Source: Candidatus Hydrothermarchaeum profundi
Lineage (GTDB): Archaea > Hydrothermarchaeota > Hydrothermarchaeia > Hydrothermarchaeales > Hydrothermarchaeaceae
Direction: 5' to 3'
Length of the DNA: 64,000 nucleotides
Assembly (NCBI GenBank): GCA_002011125.2
Contig: MTMF02000009.1
Span: 1,480,989 to 1,544,988 of the forward strand
Position numbers and translations under genes: made by a program. Below are positions 1 to 10,405 of this stretch, in pieces. The first letter of the stretch is position 1; every line of letters starts with the position of its first letter. Below the pieces are notes generated by a model. That model saw only the letters and a program-made list of their open reading frames with translations. It had not been told where the DNA came from and did not search any database.

Positions 1-619
1 TCGCTAAAACTTCATCAGCTACTCCGAATGCATCTTCTATTGGGAGATCGGGAACATAGCTTAGTAGCTTATTGTTATCTATGACTACAACGCTATCACA
101 TGCCTTTCTAAGATTAGTTAGTGCGGTATGACTTTTGAGTATTCTCGCTCTTTCAATCTTAAAAGGCAACGTAACTGCCCCGACTACTACGGCTCCATTA
201 CTTTTTGCAACTTCGGCTACAATAGGTAAGCTGCCTGTGCCAGTTCCTCCACCTAAACCCCCTGTTACAAAAACTAAGTCTGCTCCTTCGACTATTTCTT
301 TTAATGCAGGTTTTGCTTCTATAGCAGATTGCTCTCCCACTTCAGGATTTCCGCCGGCTCCCAGCCCCTTGGTTAAATCATATCCTATGAGAACTTTCTT
401 GTCTGCTTTAGTGACTGCTAAATGTTGTTTATCTGTGTTCACCGCTATTAGCTGTGCTCCTTTCACGCCGATATGTGAAAGCCTGGTTATAGTGTTATTT
501 CCAGCACCTCCACATCCTATTACTAATATTTTGGCTTCACCAATCTCGGTCTCGGAGACTGGTTTTGCCCTATTTATTATCTGGTTGTTCTCCATCGCTT
601 TTCTAAATATAGTTTCCAT
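1..619 (-). CDS. ftsZ: Cell division protein FtsZ (FtsZ2-type), 3' end runs off the window
   Basis: Manual translation from ATG at 619: [11 protein letters not shown]...[14 protein letters not shown]...AVNTD...GAGGNPEVG...GLGGGTGTG...PFKIERAR...[13 protein letters not shown]. Not in the ORF track because it is truncated. Confidence 0.95.
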   Translation of the reverse strand, partial: METIFRKAMENNQIINRAKPVSETEIGEAKILVIGCGGAGNNTITRLSHIGVKGAQLIAVNTDKQHLAVTKADKKVLIGYDLTKGLGAGGNPEVGEQSAIEAKPALKEIVEGADLVFVTGGLGGGTGTGSLPIVAEVAKSNGAVVVGAVTLPFKIERARILKSHTALTNLRKACDSVVVIDNNKLLSYVPDLPIEDAFGVADEVLA

Positions 620-636
620 ATTCGCTTTTACCCCCT

Positions 637-841
637 TTGTGAATAAGTGAACAAATATTGTGAATGTGCCCCTATATAAATCTTTCTATTTTATTTTTTT
701 TTATAAATTAAATGTTAATAGACGTTAAATTTCTTATTCACATGATAATAATTGAATTATAATATGAAAAGATATTTATATGCGGAAATTTTTGTATACA
801 TAGTTGTGAATAAAAAAATAATCTGGTGATATTGTGAATAG
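637..841. promoter_or_regulatory. Five copies of a TGTGAAT(A) motif in the ftsZ / wHTH divergent intergenic region
   Basis: TTGTGAATAA 637-646, TTGTGAATGT 658-667, TTATTCACAT 734-743 (inverted), TTGTGAATAA 804-813, TTGTGAATAG 832-841. Confidence 0.6.
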
Positions 842-1430
842 CTATGAAGAGTATATCCTTATAAATCTTGAGGCAGAAGATAGGTTTGGAAGTTCTTCTA
901 TTACTCTCGAGGGCTTAGATTATGGGGATGCTTGGGAAGAGATAAAAAACCATCTAAAATTTTTATATCAAACAGAAAGATTCGTCGATATCACACTATC
1001 AATAAAAATTAAGGAAGAAACAACTAAAACCATTCAAAGAAAATTAAAAAATGTTGGATATAGTAAAGCAAAAGATGCAATAGCAGGGTTTTTAAAATAT
1101 GCTTATAGAATTGAAGATGAAACGCTACTATTACCTGCAATTGAATCTCCGATAGAGCCAATTTTTGGAGAATCAAGCTGGCTTTCTAATTATGATCTTG
1201 AAAATTTAACTCAAAAAGAAAAAGTATTTTTGCTATTAAAATACAATCATCCTGGTCATTGGGTGAAATCGCAAGAACTTCAAAAGGAATATAAGATTGT
1301 ATATGGAGAACAAATAAAACTTAGCTCCCTTTCAACATATTTGGCTAGATTCTACGAGAAAGGCAGTTTAGAGAGGAGGGGCAGTAGAGCACAGAGAGAA
1401 TATCTACTTAAAGCAGCTTCAAGTTTTTAA
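834..1430 (+). CDS. Putative winged-helix DNA-binding protein
   Basis: C-terminal wHTH-like segment (SQELQKEY...IKLSSLSTYLARFYEKGSLERRG...REY); GGTGAT RBS before the GTG start. Confidence 0.6.
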   Translation: MNSYEEYILINLEAEDRFGSSSITLEGLDYGDAWEEIKNHLKFLYQTERFVDITLSIKIKEETTKTIQRKLKNVGYSKAKDAIAGFLKYAYRIEDETLLLPAIESPIEPIFGESSWLSNYDLENLTQKEKVFLLLKYNHPGHWVKSQELQKEYKIVYGEQIKLSSLSTYLARFYEKGSLERRGSRAQREYLLKAASSF

Positions 1431-2044
1431 TGCTTTACACCCACTTTCTTTAAAAGACGCAATATTTTTTCATATTCACCTCGGCTAATAGTTTTTTCCA
1501 TTATCTTAAGATACTCTGTGATATCGACATCTTCTCTTCGTGATAGCTTTATAGCTAGCTCTATAGCAGCACATAGACCCCTATTTACGGCAATAGGATT
1601 TCCAGAAACTGACATGTCCACGACTTTGCACTTGATTAAAGAAAACTTAGTAGGCCTGAATTTATCAGATTTCAGATATTCCTTATGGGCAAGGAGTTCC
1701 GTCTCTATATATGCACTAGATTTTTTGAGAATAGGGGCATTAACTTTTTTAGCTTTATCTACGCTCTCTCTTTCTATTTCTAGTTCAGTAGCCCCTTTGC
1801 CTCTACCTAATAGCGTAGTGCTCAAAAATAAGTAAGGATCAGAAGTAACATTAATAACACATGCCTTATTCCTCATAAGGTTATTATATGTATCACTAGT
1901 TGTGTGAATCCTCATTACTACAATATCCTCGCCTATAGAACTTATTCCAATTGGTGCCGCGTTTGGACTTCCATCTTCATTATAAGTTGTTACAATAGCT
2001 TCAGAAATCTGATTTTCTTTTATTCCCAAGTCTGACAATTTCAA
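1427..2044 (-). CDS. DUF447 family protein (split-barrel-like)
   Basis: EAIVTT...PNAAPIG, TYNNL, NRG..AAIE motifs. Confidence 0.8.
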   Translation of the reverse strand: MKLSDLGIKENQISEAIVTTYNEDGSPNAAPIGISSIGEDIVVMRIHTTSDTYNNLMRNKACVINVTSDPYLFLSTTLLGRGKGATELEIERESVDKAKKVNAPILKKSSAYIETELLAHKEYLKSDKFRPTKFSLIKCKVVDMSVSGNPIAVNRGLCAAIELAIKLSRREDVDITEYLKIMEKTISRGEYEKILRLLKKVGVKH

Positions 2045-2946
2045 ATTCTCAATCCTCTTAAAAGCGATATCATTAAAGACGAAGTAACGAGATCAGCTGT
2101 TGTACCTGGATTTAAACGATTTTTGCTTTTTCTCAAATAATTATCAAACTCATGCACGGATAAACTTCCTTCTAATACTCTCTGAGCTTTCTTAGATACT
2201 TCTTCAGCAATTTTAGCACCCTCTTTCCGCTTAATCAAGGAGTCAGGTATTTCTGATAAAATTTTTAGGTAGGTATTTACTATAGCGTCATTAATATTTT
2301 TTAGTTGTGAATACTCTTCCATTAAGGTAGGGAATCCTATTTCAAATGAAATTCTCATTGATGTCGTTAATTCTTTAGCGATAGAATCATCTTTGCTTAA
2401 TTCCATAAGCTGAAAAAGGTTCACTTTATTCTCTTCAATTTCTCTTAAAGATCTGTCACTAAAAACATCATATTCTTTTACTTTACCCATGCCTCCAGGT
2501 TTAACGATCCTAATCGTATTAAACAACGCCAGAGAATCATGAAAAGTGCTCTCTTTTATAATGTGGTCTATGTTTTTCCTTATTACTTTCTCATTCTCAG
2601 TTCCCATAGCAATTGAGGCGCCCCATGCGGAGGATAGGGGTATTAAAAGCATAGCAATCCCAAGATTAGTATTCTTGCCGGTATGCCATTTTTTTGACTC
2701 AATTACAGCATCCATTACAAGTCTTCCAATCCCTATCTCGCTAAATCTCATGTTACCGGTTCCGGATTTGAACCCTCTCTCAGCAGCTTTTTTAGTTGAT
2801 TTCCACAGGGATACTCCGCTGGCTAAAAAATGTTCAAATCTGGTATCATCGAAATCATGGTATCTGTTCACATTGCCAGGTTTAGGAGCGCTTACTTCTA
2901 AAACGCATGCAAGTTGAGCGCATGTAGGTATATCAGAAATTTCCAT
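2041..2946 (-). CDS. citG: Triphosphoribosyl-dephospho-CoA synthase (CitG-like)
   Basis: LEVSAPKPGNV, NTNLG, PDSLIKRKEG, NPGTTADL. Confidence 0.85.
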   Translation of the reverse strand: MEISDIPTCAQLACVLEVSAPKPGNVNRYHDFDDTRFEHFLASGVSLWKSTKKAAERGFKSGTGNMRFSEIGIGRLVMDAVIESKKWHTGKNTNLGIAMLLIPLSSAWGASIAMGTENEKVIRKNIDHIIKESTFHDSLALFNTIRIVKPGGMGKVKEYDVFSDRSLREIEENKVNLFQLMELSKDDSIAKELTTSMRISFEIGFPTLMEEYSQLKNINDAIVNTYLKILSEIPDSLIKRKEGAKIAEEVSKKAQRVLEGSLSVHEFDNYLRKSKNRLNPGTTADLVTSSLMISLLRGLRI

Positions 2947-2951
2947 ATTTC

Positions 2952-3878
2952 TTAATTTAATAATTCTAATATAAAACTCGCTAGTGTAGTCTTATCGTTA
3001 AGGCTTCTCATAATTATATTTGTTTCATAGCATTCTACACCGAGATTTTCAATAGCCGCTTTTGAATCATCGGAGGAATTTATTATGAATTTGCTTATAA
3101 TGCCGCTATAAACTTTGGCGACTCCGACTGGACTTACTTCGAATCCCATAGCTTCCATAAATTTATCTGCAGGACCAGATACGGGATTAGTACCTATAAT
3201 AGGCGATATTGCTACGCATTTTGCGTTGTTTTTTCTAATAGCTTTTTTTATTCCTTTGATAGATAAAATTGGAAGAATGCTTGAAATAGGATTACTTGGT
3301 CCAATAATTATACCATTAGCATTTGCCAAAGCTTTTAACACAGATGGAAGAGGTCTAGCTTTTCCTATTCCATGGAAGTAAATGCTATTAACCTTTAATT
3401 TTCCTTTGTATCGGATGAGATAAGTATGGAGATTCATTTCTCCAAGCGGAGTTTGTATTATCGTCTGAACCCTATCGTTACTCATCGGGTAAACCTTAGC
3501 CTTTACTCCTAATGCTTTTTTTTGGAGTTCAATCACTCTTGATAGCCTCATGCCTTTTGACAGTAGAACCCCTCGTTGGATATGCGTAGCTCGGTCTCTA
3601 TCCCCTATGTTCAAGATCTCATCGTAACCGAGTTCTTTCAAAGTTTTATGTGTTATAAATGAATCTCCTTTAATGCCGTACCATGTTTCTTCATTGATCT
3701 TATCCGCTAAAGTGTACATAACCGTGTCAACATCTGGGGAGAAATATCCATGTGGCAGCCACTCATCTTCAGCAGTGTTAACAATAACTACAAGTTGATT
3801 TTCTGGGAGTATCTCTTTTAAACCTTGAAGAAGCTTAGGAGTCCCTGTCCCGCCTGAAAGAACTACGAGCATGCTCAT
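2952..3878 (-). CDS. cofD: 2-phospho-L-lactate transferase (F420 biosynthesis)
   Basis: LSGGTGTPKLL, SPDVDTVMYTLA, GDRDRATH, GPSNPISSI. Confidence 0.95.
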   Translation of the reverse strand: MSMLVVLSGGTGTPKLLQGLKEILPENQLVVIVNTAEDEWLPHGYFSPDVDTVMYTLADKINEETWYGIKGDSFITHKTLKELGYDEILNIGDRDRATHIQRGVLLSKGMRLSRVIELQKKALGVKAKVYPMSNDRVQTIIQTPLGEMNLHTYLIRYKGKLKVNSIYFHGIGKARPLPSVLKALANANGIIIGPSNPISSILPILSIKGIKKAIRKNNAKCVAISPIIGTNPVSGPADKFMEAMGFEVSPVGVAKVYSGIISKFIINSSDDSKAAIENLGVECYETNIIMRSLNDKTTLASFILELLN

Positions 3879-4627
3879 CTCCTGAATATATCAATCCTTT
3901 TATCTCTTAATAAGTCGCTTGCTTTCCCGCTACCGAGAAAATTAAGCCCTTTTATCACTGCACAGGGTATCCCTTCATTTGCCTCTCCAAAAATTAGAGA
4001 AGCAAATGCAGCCAATGCGTCTCCAACCGCAACTCGGGTTACTTCAAGACGGCGGTTGTATAAATCTCTGTGTCCTCTCCTATCCCATAAAACAGTTATT
4101 CCAGACGCACCTATAACAAATCCCACAGTTCCATATCTAAATGGTCTCCCCCATGAATCAACTATTATAACTCCTAATTTCTTTCCCGTTTTTTCTTCAA
4201 GGCTTGTTCTGATCTCATAGGCAGATTCGTCTGGATCTTTTGGTAAAAGCTTCACCATACCGCTACTAACATTACTCTGATCAACACCCCCATTAGCGCA
4301 TATAAACCCCTGTTTAGTTTCAACAATTATAAAATGTTCACCAAACCCGATAATTTCTTTAGATTCCCTCAATACGAGTTCTATAATTCTTGGGTCCTTT
4401 CCAATTTTATTAGATAATTCAAGTGCTTTCTTGGATGGCTGAATATCGTCTAACTTATATAGCCTACCTTCAGCTTTTGAAACTATCTTCTCTGTAATAG
4501 CAATTATATCGCCATTGTCTAGCCTTATTCCACTAGCAGATAATGCATTCAAGATAATTTCAACGATATTGTCTCCAGGGCGTACCTCTGGGATTCCTTC
4601 TAGTCCGATCACTTGAACTTGTTTCAT
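3875..4627 (-). CDS. cofE: Coenzyme F420-0:L-glutamate ligase
   Basis: KIVSKAEG, CANGGVDQSN, DSWGRPFRYG. Confidence 0.95.
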   Translation of the reverse strand: MKQVQVIGLEGIPEVRPGDNIVEIILNALSASGIRLDNGDIIAITEKIVSKAEGRLYKLDDIQPSKKALELSNKIGKDPRIIELVLRESKEIIGFGEHFIIVETKQGFICANGGVDQSNVSSGMVKLLPKDPDESAYEIRTSLEEKTGKKLGVIIVDSWGRPFRYGTVGFVIGASGITVLWDRRGHRDLYNRRLEVTRVAVGDALAAFASLIFGEANEGIPCAVIKGLNFLGSGKASDLLRDKRIDIFRR

Positions 4628-4717
4628 GCGAAAATATTCTATATAAGAGGGTTTAAGCTTTTCTTTATAGACAGAGCTCTCTAAAATAAGAAGAGGAGGC
4701 TCTTGTGGGGTTAAAAG

Positions 4718-5962
4718 ATGAAAGTTTATTTCGAGACGTATGGTTGCACAATGAATAAAAGCGATACTGACTTAGCAATAGGTTTAGTACAGAGGGAGCA
4801 TAAAATAGTTGGAAGTGCTCATGAAGCTGATGCCATTGTGGTAAATTCTTGCGGAGTCATAGAGACTACGGAAAGAAAGATAATAAAGAGATTATATGTT
4901 CTAAAAAAGTCTAATAAAAAAATTATTCTAACTGGATGTCTCCCTAAAATTAATCCTTCAGTAATAAAGAAATCTATGGTAGATGCAGTCGTTCCTCTCA
5001 GGGCGATAAACACTGCTCTGGGGAAATTTAACGGTAGAGAGATAGAGGCTTCTCATAAGAGCGAAATAGATAGGTATTATCTGCCTGTAAGTAGACCTAA
5101 TGGTGTAATCGCAGTTGTGCCGATCTCTGAAGGATGTTTAGGGGAATGCACATACTGCGCTACTAAGAAAGCGAGAGGGAGACTTAAAAGTAGATATCCT
5201 GATTTTATATTGAGAGAAGTTAGGGACTTGATCAAAGAAGGGTACAAAGAAATACAACTTACTGCTCAAGACACAGGTGCTTATGGTTTGGATATTGGAG
5301 TTCGATTACATGATCTCCTAACAAAAATCTGTGGTGTAGGGGGTGATTTTAGGATTAGAATTGGGATGATGAATCCAAAGAATGTAATTGACATACTTGA
5401 TGCCCTTGTAGATGTCTACCAAAATGAAAAAATATATAAATTCATCCATCTTCCATTGCAAAGCGGTGATGATCAGGTTCTTAAAGATATGAAAAGAGGG
5501 TATACTGTCGCTGATTTTATGAATATTGTTGAGGTAATTAAAAGGAAGTTTCCTGAAATGACTTTTTCAACCGACGTTATTGTGGGGTATCCAACAGAGG
5601 ACGAAGAAGCATTTCTAAAGACAAAAAATCTTATAAAACAAATTGAGCCCGACATTTTGAATATAACGAGATTCTCTAAGCGTCCGGCTACTGAGGCAGC
5701 GAAGTTAAAGGATACTCTTGATAGAACCAAAAAAAATAGATCTAGAGAACTAACAAGTTTACATCATGAAATCGGATTAAAGAAGAATAAAAAATACAAA
5801 GGTAGACAATTAGATGTCTTGATAACAGAAAGAGGAAAAAATAACACGTTTTTAGGCAGATCTAATAATTATAAACAGATAGTACTAAAAAATGGTAAAA
5901 TTGGGGAGTTCTACAAGACAAAAATAGTAGACTTTACTTTTACTTATTTGATCGGTAACTAA
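4718..5962 (+). CDS. mtaB: tRNA t6A37 methylthiotransferase (MiaB-like radical SAM, TRAM domain)
   Basis: ETYGCTMN, NSCGV, GCLGECTYC, HLPLQSG. Confidence 0.9.
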   Translation: MKVYFETYGCTMNKSDTDLAIGLVQREHKIVGSAHEADAIVVNSCGVIETTERKIIKRLYVLKKSNKKIILTGCLPKINPSVIKKSMVDAVVPLRAINTALGKFNGREIEASHKSEIDRYYLPVSRPNGVIAVVPISEGCLGECTYCATKKARGRLKSRYPDFILREVRDLIKEGYKEIQLTAQDTGAYGLDIGVRLHDLLTKICGVGGDFRIRIGMMNPKNVIDILDALVDVYQNEKIYKFIHLPLQSGDDQVLKDMKRGYTVADFMNIVEVIKRKFPEMTFSTDVIVGYPTEDEEAFLKTKNLIKQIEPDILNITRFSKRPATEAAKLKDTLDRTKKNRSRELTSLHHEIGLKKNKKYKGRQLDVLITERGKNNTFLGRSNNYKQIVLKNGKIGEFYKTKIVDFTFTYLIGN

Positions 5963-6093
5963 ACATAACGCGATTTTTATGCATAATTCATTAAAAAAGT
6001 GAAGAATTTCGAAATAATTGGCGGAAAGATGGAAAAACACAACATGGAAGAAATATCGGGATACTCTGCGGATAAAAAGACGGAGGTGATATT

Positions 6094-6282
6094 ATGGTTA
6101 GACCGGTAGTAGATACAGAACTTTGTACAGGGTGCGGAACTTGCGAGTCTCTCTGCCCTGATGTATTTGAGGTTGGAGACGACGACAAATCCCATGTTAT
6201 AAATGAGGAAGGATGTAACGGTTGTGATTGCCAGGAAGCTGTCGACTCCTGCCCTGAGGGTGCTATTAGTTTAGTTGAGTGA
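6094..6282 (+). CDS. fdx: Monocluster ferredoxin
   Basis: CTGCGTCESLCPDVF...AVDSCPEGAI; GGAGGTGAT RBS. Confidence 0.93.
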   Translation: MVRPVVDTELCTGCGTCESLCPDVFEVGDDDKSHVINEEGCNGCDCQEAVDSCPEGAISLVE

Positions 6283-6325
6283 GAGGACTCAAAGTGAGAG
6301 GAGGATTTGAGAGAGGGGACGAGCC

Positions 6326-6802
6326 TTAACTCTGAGGCTCGCCAAATCTCTCTTTTAGGATTAAATATAGATAAAGGCGTGTTTTTAGATTGATATTTAA
6401 CCCCCTATATAAGTTATTTTTTGTTAATCCGTCAAAATAAATAGGATATGTGAATATAACATTACTTAATATTCCTTTTTCATCAAATTTGAATTCAAAT
6501 TGATTTTCTTTAAATATAAACTCTTTCCTAAGCTCATCTAGGAACTTTTCGCGTGCATTTTTTTCCATATTTTTGAGCCTTTCTTTAAAGTATGAAGTTA
6601 TAATTATTGGGTCGACAATTAATAATAAATCCCCGATTTGCTTCGGTTGCACAATATGCTGCCTTGTTTGTTTTCCAATTGGGTAATCTATCTTAAAATT
6701 AAAGGTTGCATTTTTATCCTCAATTTTTTCAATTGAATGGCCGTTTTCAGTTATCCACTTATATACAATTTCTTTTGCTTCTTCAGCATCTTTTATTTCC
6801 AT
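6326..6802 (-). CDS. DUF2299-like conserved archaeal protein
   Basis: I..WI.E.G, IYFDGLTKN motif; GAGGTGAT RBS. Confidence 0.7.
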   Translation of the reverse strand: MEIKDAEEAKEIVYKWITENGHSIEKIEDKNATFNFKIDYPIGKQTRQHIVQPKQIGDLLLIVDPIIITSYFKERLKNMEKNAREKFLDELRKEFIFKENQFEFKFDEKGILSNVIFTYPIYFDGLTKNNLYRGLNINLKTRLYLYLILKERFGEPQS

Positions 6803-6847
6803 TTTTACATCACCTCAATAGCATTAAAAGTAAATTATATAATATAA

Positions 6848-6935
6848 AGGCAAAGGCAGGAAGGCTTAAAAAAATTTTTAGTAGGAGGCTATCTGCAGAA
6901 GGAAAGAGGTGGATGAACTTATCCTGCCTTTGCCT
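6848..6935. repeat. Perfect 14-bp inverted repeat with a 60-nt spacer
   Basis: AGGCAAAGGCAGGA (6848-6861) / TCCTGCCTTTGCCT (6922-6935). Confidence 0.85.
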
Positions 6936-7136
6936 ATCTGTAATTTAATTAAACTCTAAATATAAAAACCTTTTGAATAATTATCCAAACTATTAGCGAT
7001 ATTAAAAAAATTAATTAGAACTATTTTTGAATATTTTTTCATAATCATTAAAAAAAATTAGACAAAAATATAGAAAGTATATCTATATGGCGGGTTGATG
7101 GATAATAGATCATTTATCTCCTCATAGAAGTATAAT

Positions 7137-7183
7137 AAAAAAATGAGGCAGGGGAACCTTACATATCCATTAGGTTTTCCCCT
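7137..7183 (-). terminator. Hairpin plus U-tract downstream of the small ORF
   Basis: Minus strand AGGGGAAAACCT...AGGTTCCCCT followed by GCCTCATTTTTTT. Confidence 0.5.
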
Positions 7184-7199
7184 TTATTTTTAGTGGGAT

Positions 7200-7316
7200 T
7201 TAAAGTTTCTTTAACAGTTCATCCACACTTGGAAGTCCATTAAGCTCGTCTTCATTCATTTCTTCTTTATATGCAGATAGGTCCATTGCAATATCTTTTG
7301 CAGATTTCTCAGCCAT
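7200..7316 (-). CDS. Small acidic protein, 38 aa
   Basis: MAEKSAKDIAMDLSAYKEEMNEDELNGLPSVDELLKKL; GAGGTGAGGA RBS, TTTATATA box upstream, hairpin downstream. Confidence 0.65.
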   Translation of the reverse strand: MAEKSAKDIAMDLSAYKEEMNEDELNGLPSVDELLKKL

Positions 7317-7421
7317 TAATTCCTCACCTCTTTCCACTAAATACAAACTGACATTAGAAGTTCCCATATATAAATTTAATTGTAAAAAAAATTCAATAGG
7401 ACTGCTACATTGTATCATGAG

Positions 7422-7516
7422 TGCGGCCACCGGGATTCGAACCCGGGTAGCTAGCTTTTTCCAGCCTTTAGCAAGGCTATGGGAAGCTAGTGTCTTAACC
7501 ACTGGACCATGGCCGC
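7422..7516 (-). tRNA. tRNA-Gly(CCC) with a 23-nt intron (7457-7479) at 37/38
   Basis: Acceptor GCGGCCA/TGGCCGC, anticodon stem CTAGC/GCTAG, T-loop TTCGAAT, canonical bulge-helix-bulge (TTCC/GGAA with CAT and AAA bulges). Confidence 0.95.
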
Positions 7517-7556
7517 ATACTATTCAACTATTATAATTGTGGCTTATTAAAATTTT

Positions 7557-9154
<1,598 letters not shown>

Positions 9155-9171
9155 CTACAGGGGCGGTAAAT

Positions 9172-9327
9172 TCATTTTTTCTTCCAGATGGTATAACCAC
9201 AGGAACCACATGCATAGCGATCCTTATGTTCAGCCATGAATACCCCATCCCCACACCGCGGGCATGACTTTTTCTTCCGGATAATCTTATTATCTTTTAT
9301 TTCATATAGCTTCCATTTTTGTGACAT
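9172..9327 (-). CDS. rps27ae: 30S ribosomal protein S27ae (eS31)
   Basis: Not in the ORF track; [46 protein letters not shown]. Confidence 0.95.
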   Translation of the reverse strand: MSQKWKLYEIKDNKIIRKKKSCPRCGDGVFMAEHKDRYACGSCGYTIWKKK

Positions 9328-9351
9328 TTTCTGACCTTCCTGAAAATCTTT

Positions 9352-9693
9352 TTAAGCCTCCTCTTTTACAGTTTTTTCTAAATTCTTTGTATCGCTCTCC
9401 TTTTCTTTCTCTTCCTCTGCGATAAAATTCTTCTTCAATATGTGTTCGGGCTCGATTTCTAAGGCTTTTTCCTTGCTTTCGTATATTTTTACAAAACCTA
9501 CTGATTCTCTAGCTCCAAAGAGGGATTTAAATGAGTCAACGACTACTGTGCCTTTTTTAGCTGTCATTAAAGCTTCTATTTTCTCTCTTACTTCTTTTCT
9601 GGTTGGGGTAGCGCCATTATGGTAGATCCTCACCCGTAGCTCTTTCCTATACAGTAAGGGATTATCTTTTTCTTCTAGAATCTCTATCTTCAT
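9352..9693 (-). CDS. rps24e: 30S ribosomal protein S24e
   Basis: MKIEILEEKDNPLLYRKEL...TPTRKEV. Confidence 0.95.
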   Translation of the reverse strand: MKIEILEEKDNPLLYRKELRVRIYHNGATPTRKEVREKIEALMTAKKGTVVVDSFKSLFGARESVGFVKIYESKEKALEIEPEHILKKNFIAEEEKEKESDTKNLEKTVKEEA

Positions 9694-10223
9694 TTGGTAT
9701 CCTCCGGAAGCTTCCATTTTTCTCTATCCCACATTAGTTTTATTATGCTACCAGCATCAAATTTTGCATCCTCTGTTACCCTTACCATCACAATCCCCTC
9801 ATCTGGCTGGCCATATAAAATTACAGAATCCCAGTCAGCTTCTACGATGCATGGCAATACGGCTAGGTCCTCCTCACCGTCTACGATGATGAGAGTACCC
9901 TCTCTCTCCAATCCTTTATGGATTTTATCCCATAAATCCCTACTTATCATTCCCGGAGGGTTTTTTGCTTGTAATGCATGTTTCTTGATGTCGAATTTCT
10001 CTTTTATATCTCTCTTGGTCTTAAGATCTACTACGGCTAGATAAGGCTTTACACCTACAGCTAATACATTTTTAAGGGTAGTGTCTCCAACCACAATTAC
10101 TTTCTCGCCTTTTAATTCCTTTTTTATCTCTTCGGCAGGTTTAAGACCCTCCCCCCGATAGATTTTTCCAAAGGGCTTTTTTAATAGGCCTCGGACCTCT
10201 TCAGGTAATATAAGATCTTTCAT
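9690..10223 (-). CDS. GTP-dependent dephospho-CoA kinase (DUF359)
   Basis: VGD, DLKTKR, NPPG, VDGEEDLA, YGQPDEG; conserved position after spt4. Confidence 0.9.
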   Translation of the reverse strand: MKDLILPEEVRGLLKKPFGKIYRGEGLKPAEEIKKELKGEKVIVVGDTTLKNVLAVGVKPYLAVVDLKTKRDIKEKFDIKKHALQAKNPPGMISRDLWDKIHKGLEREGTLIIVDGEEDLAVLPCIVEADWDSVILYGQPDEGIVMVRVTEDAKFDAGSIIKLMWDREKWKLPEDTK

Positions 10224-10405
10224 CCTTTTACCCTCAACGCATATTTACCTTTAACTTTAATATCCAACTTTTCAGCGATTAGAGAATTTTCAGGGTCTAT
10301 AACACTCACGTAGCCCATCCAGTCAGCTGAAGTTGCGACCTTGCATATTGGGCATATATCAAGATTTGTTATCATCTTGCATTCTTTACAAGCTTTCTCT
10401 TTCAT
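10220..10405 (-). CDS. spt4: Transcription elongation factor Spt4 (RpoE'')
   Basis: ACKEC..CPIC, W.G...IDPENS.IA, GKYALRV. Confidence 0.95.
   Translation of the reverse strand: MKEKACKECKMITNLDICPICKVATSADWMGYVSVIDPENSLIAEKLDIKVKGKYALRVKG

Noticed and set aside
135-650. 171-aa plus-strand ORF, and the many similar antisense ORFs in the track
   Set aside because: It is the antisense shadow of ftsZ. The other short opposite-strand ORFs likewise overlap well-supported genes and show no motifs.
637-841. DnaA-box-like repeats as a replication origin
   Set aside because: The genome is archaeal, and no dnaA, cdc6/orc1 or ORB-like element is visible nearby. A transcription-factor operator is the simpler reading.
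6280-6352. Ferredoxin TGA followed by purine-rich repeats and a hairpin, as selenocysteine readthrough/SECIS
   Set aside because: The ferredoxin is complete at the TGA, the TGA is not at a Cys position, and another TGA follows five codons later. The hairpin more likely relates to termination between convergent genes.
7317-7502. N-terminal extension of the 100-aa track ORF 7200..7502
   Set aside because: It runs through tRNA-Gly. The SD supports the ATG at 7316.
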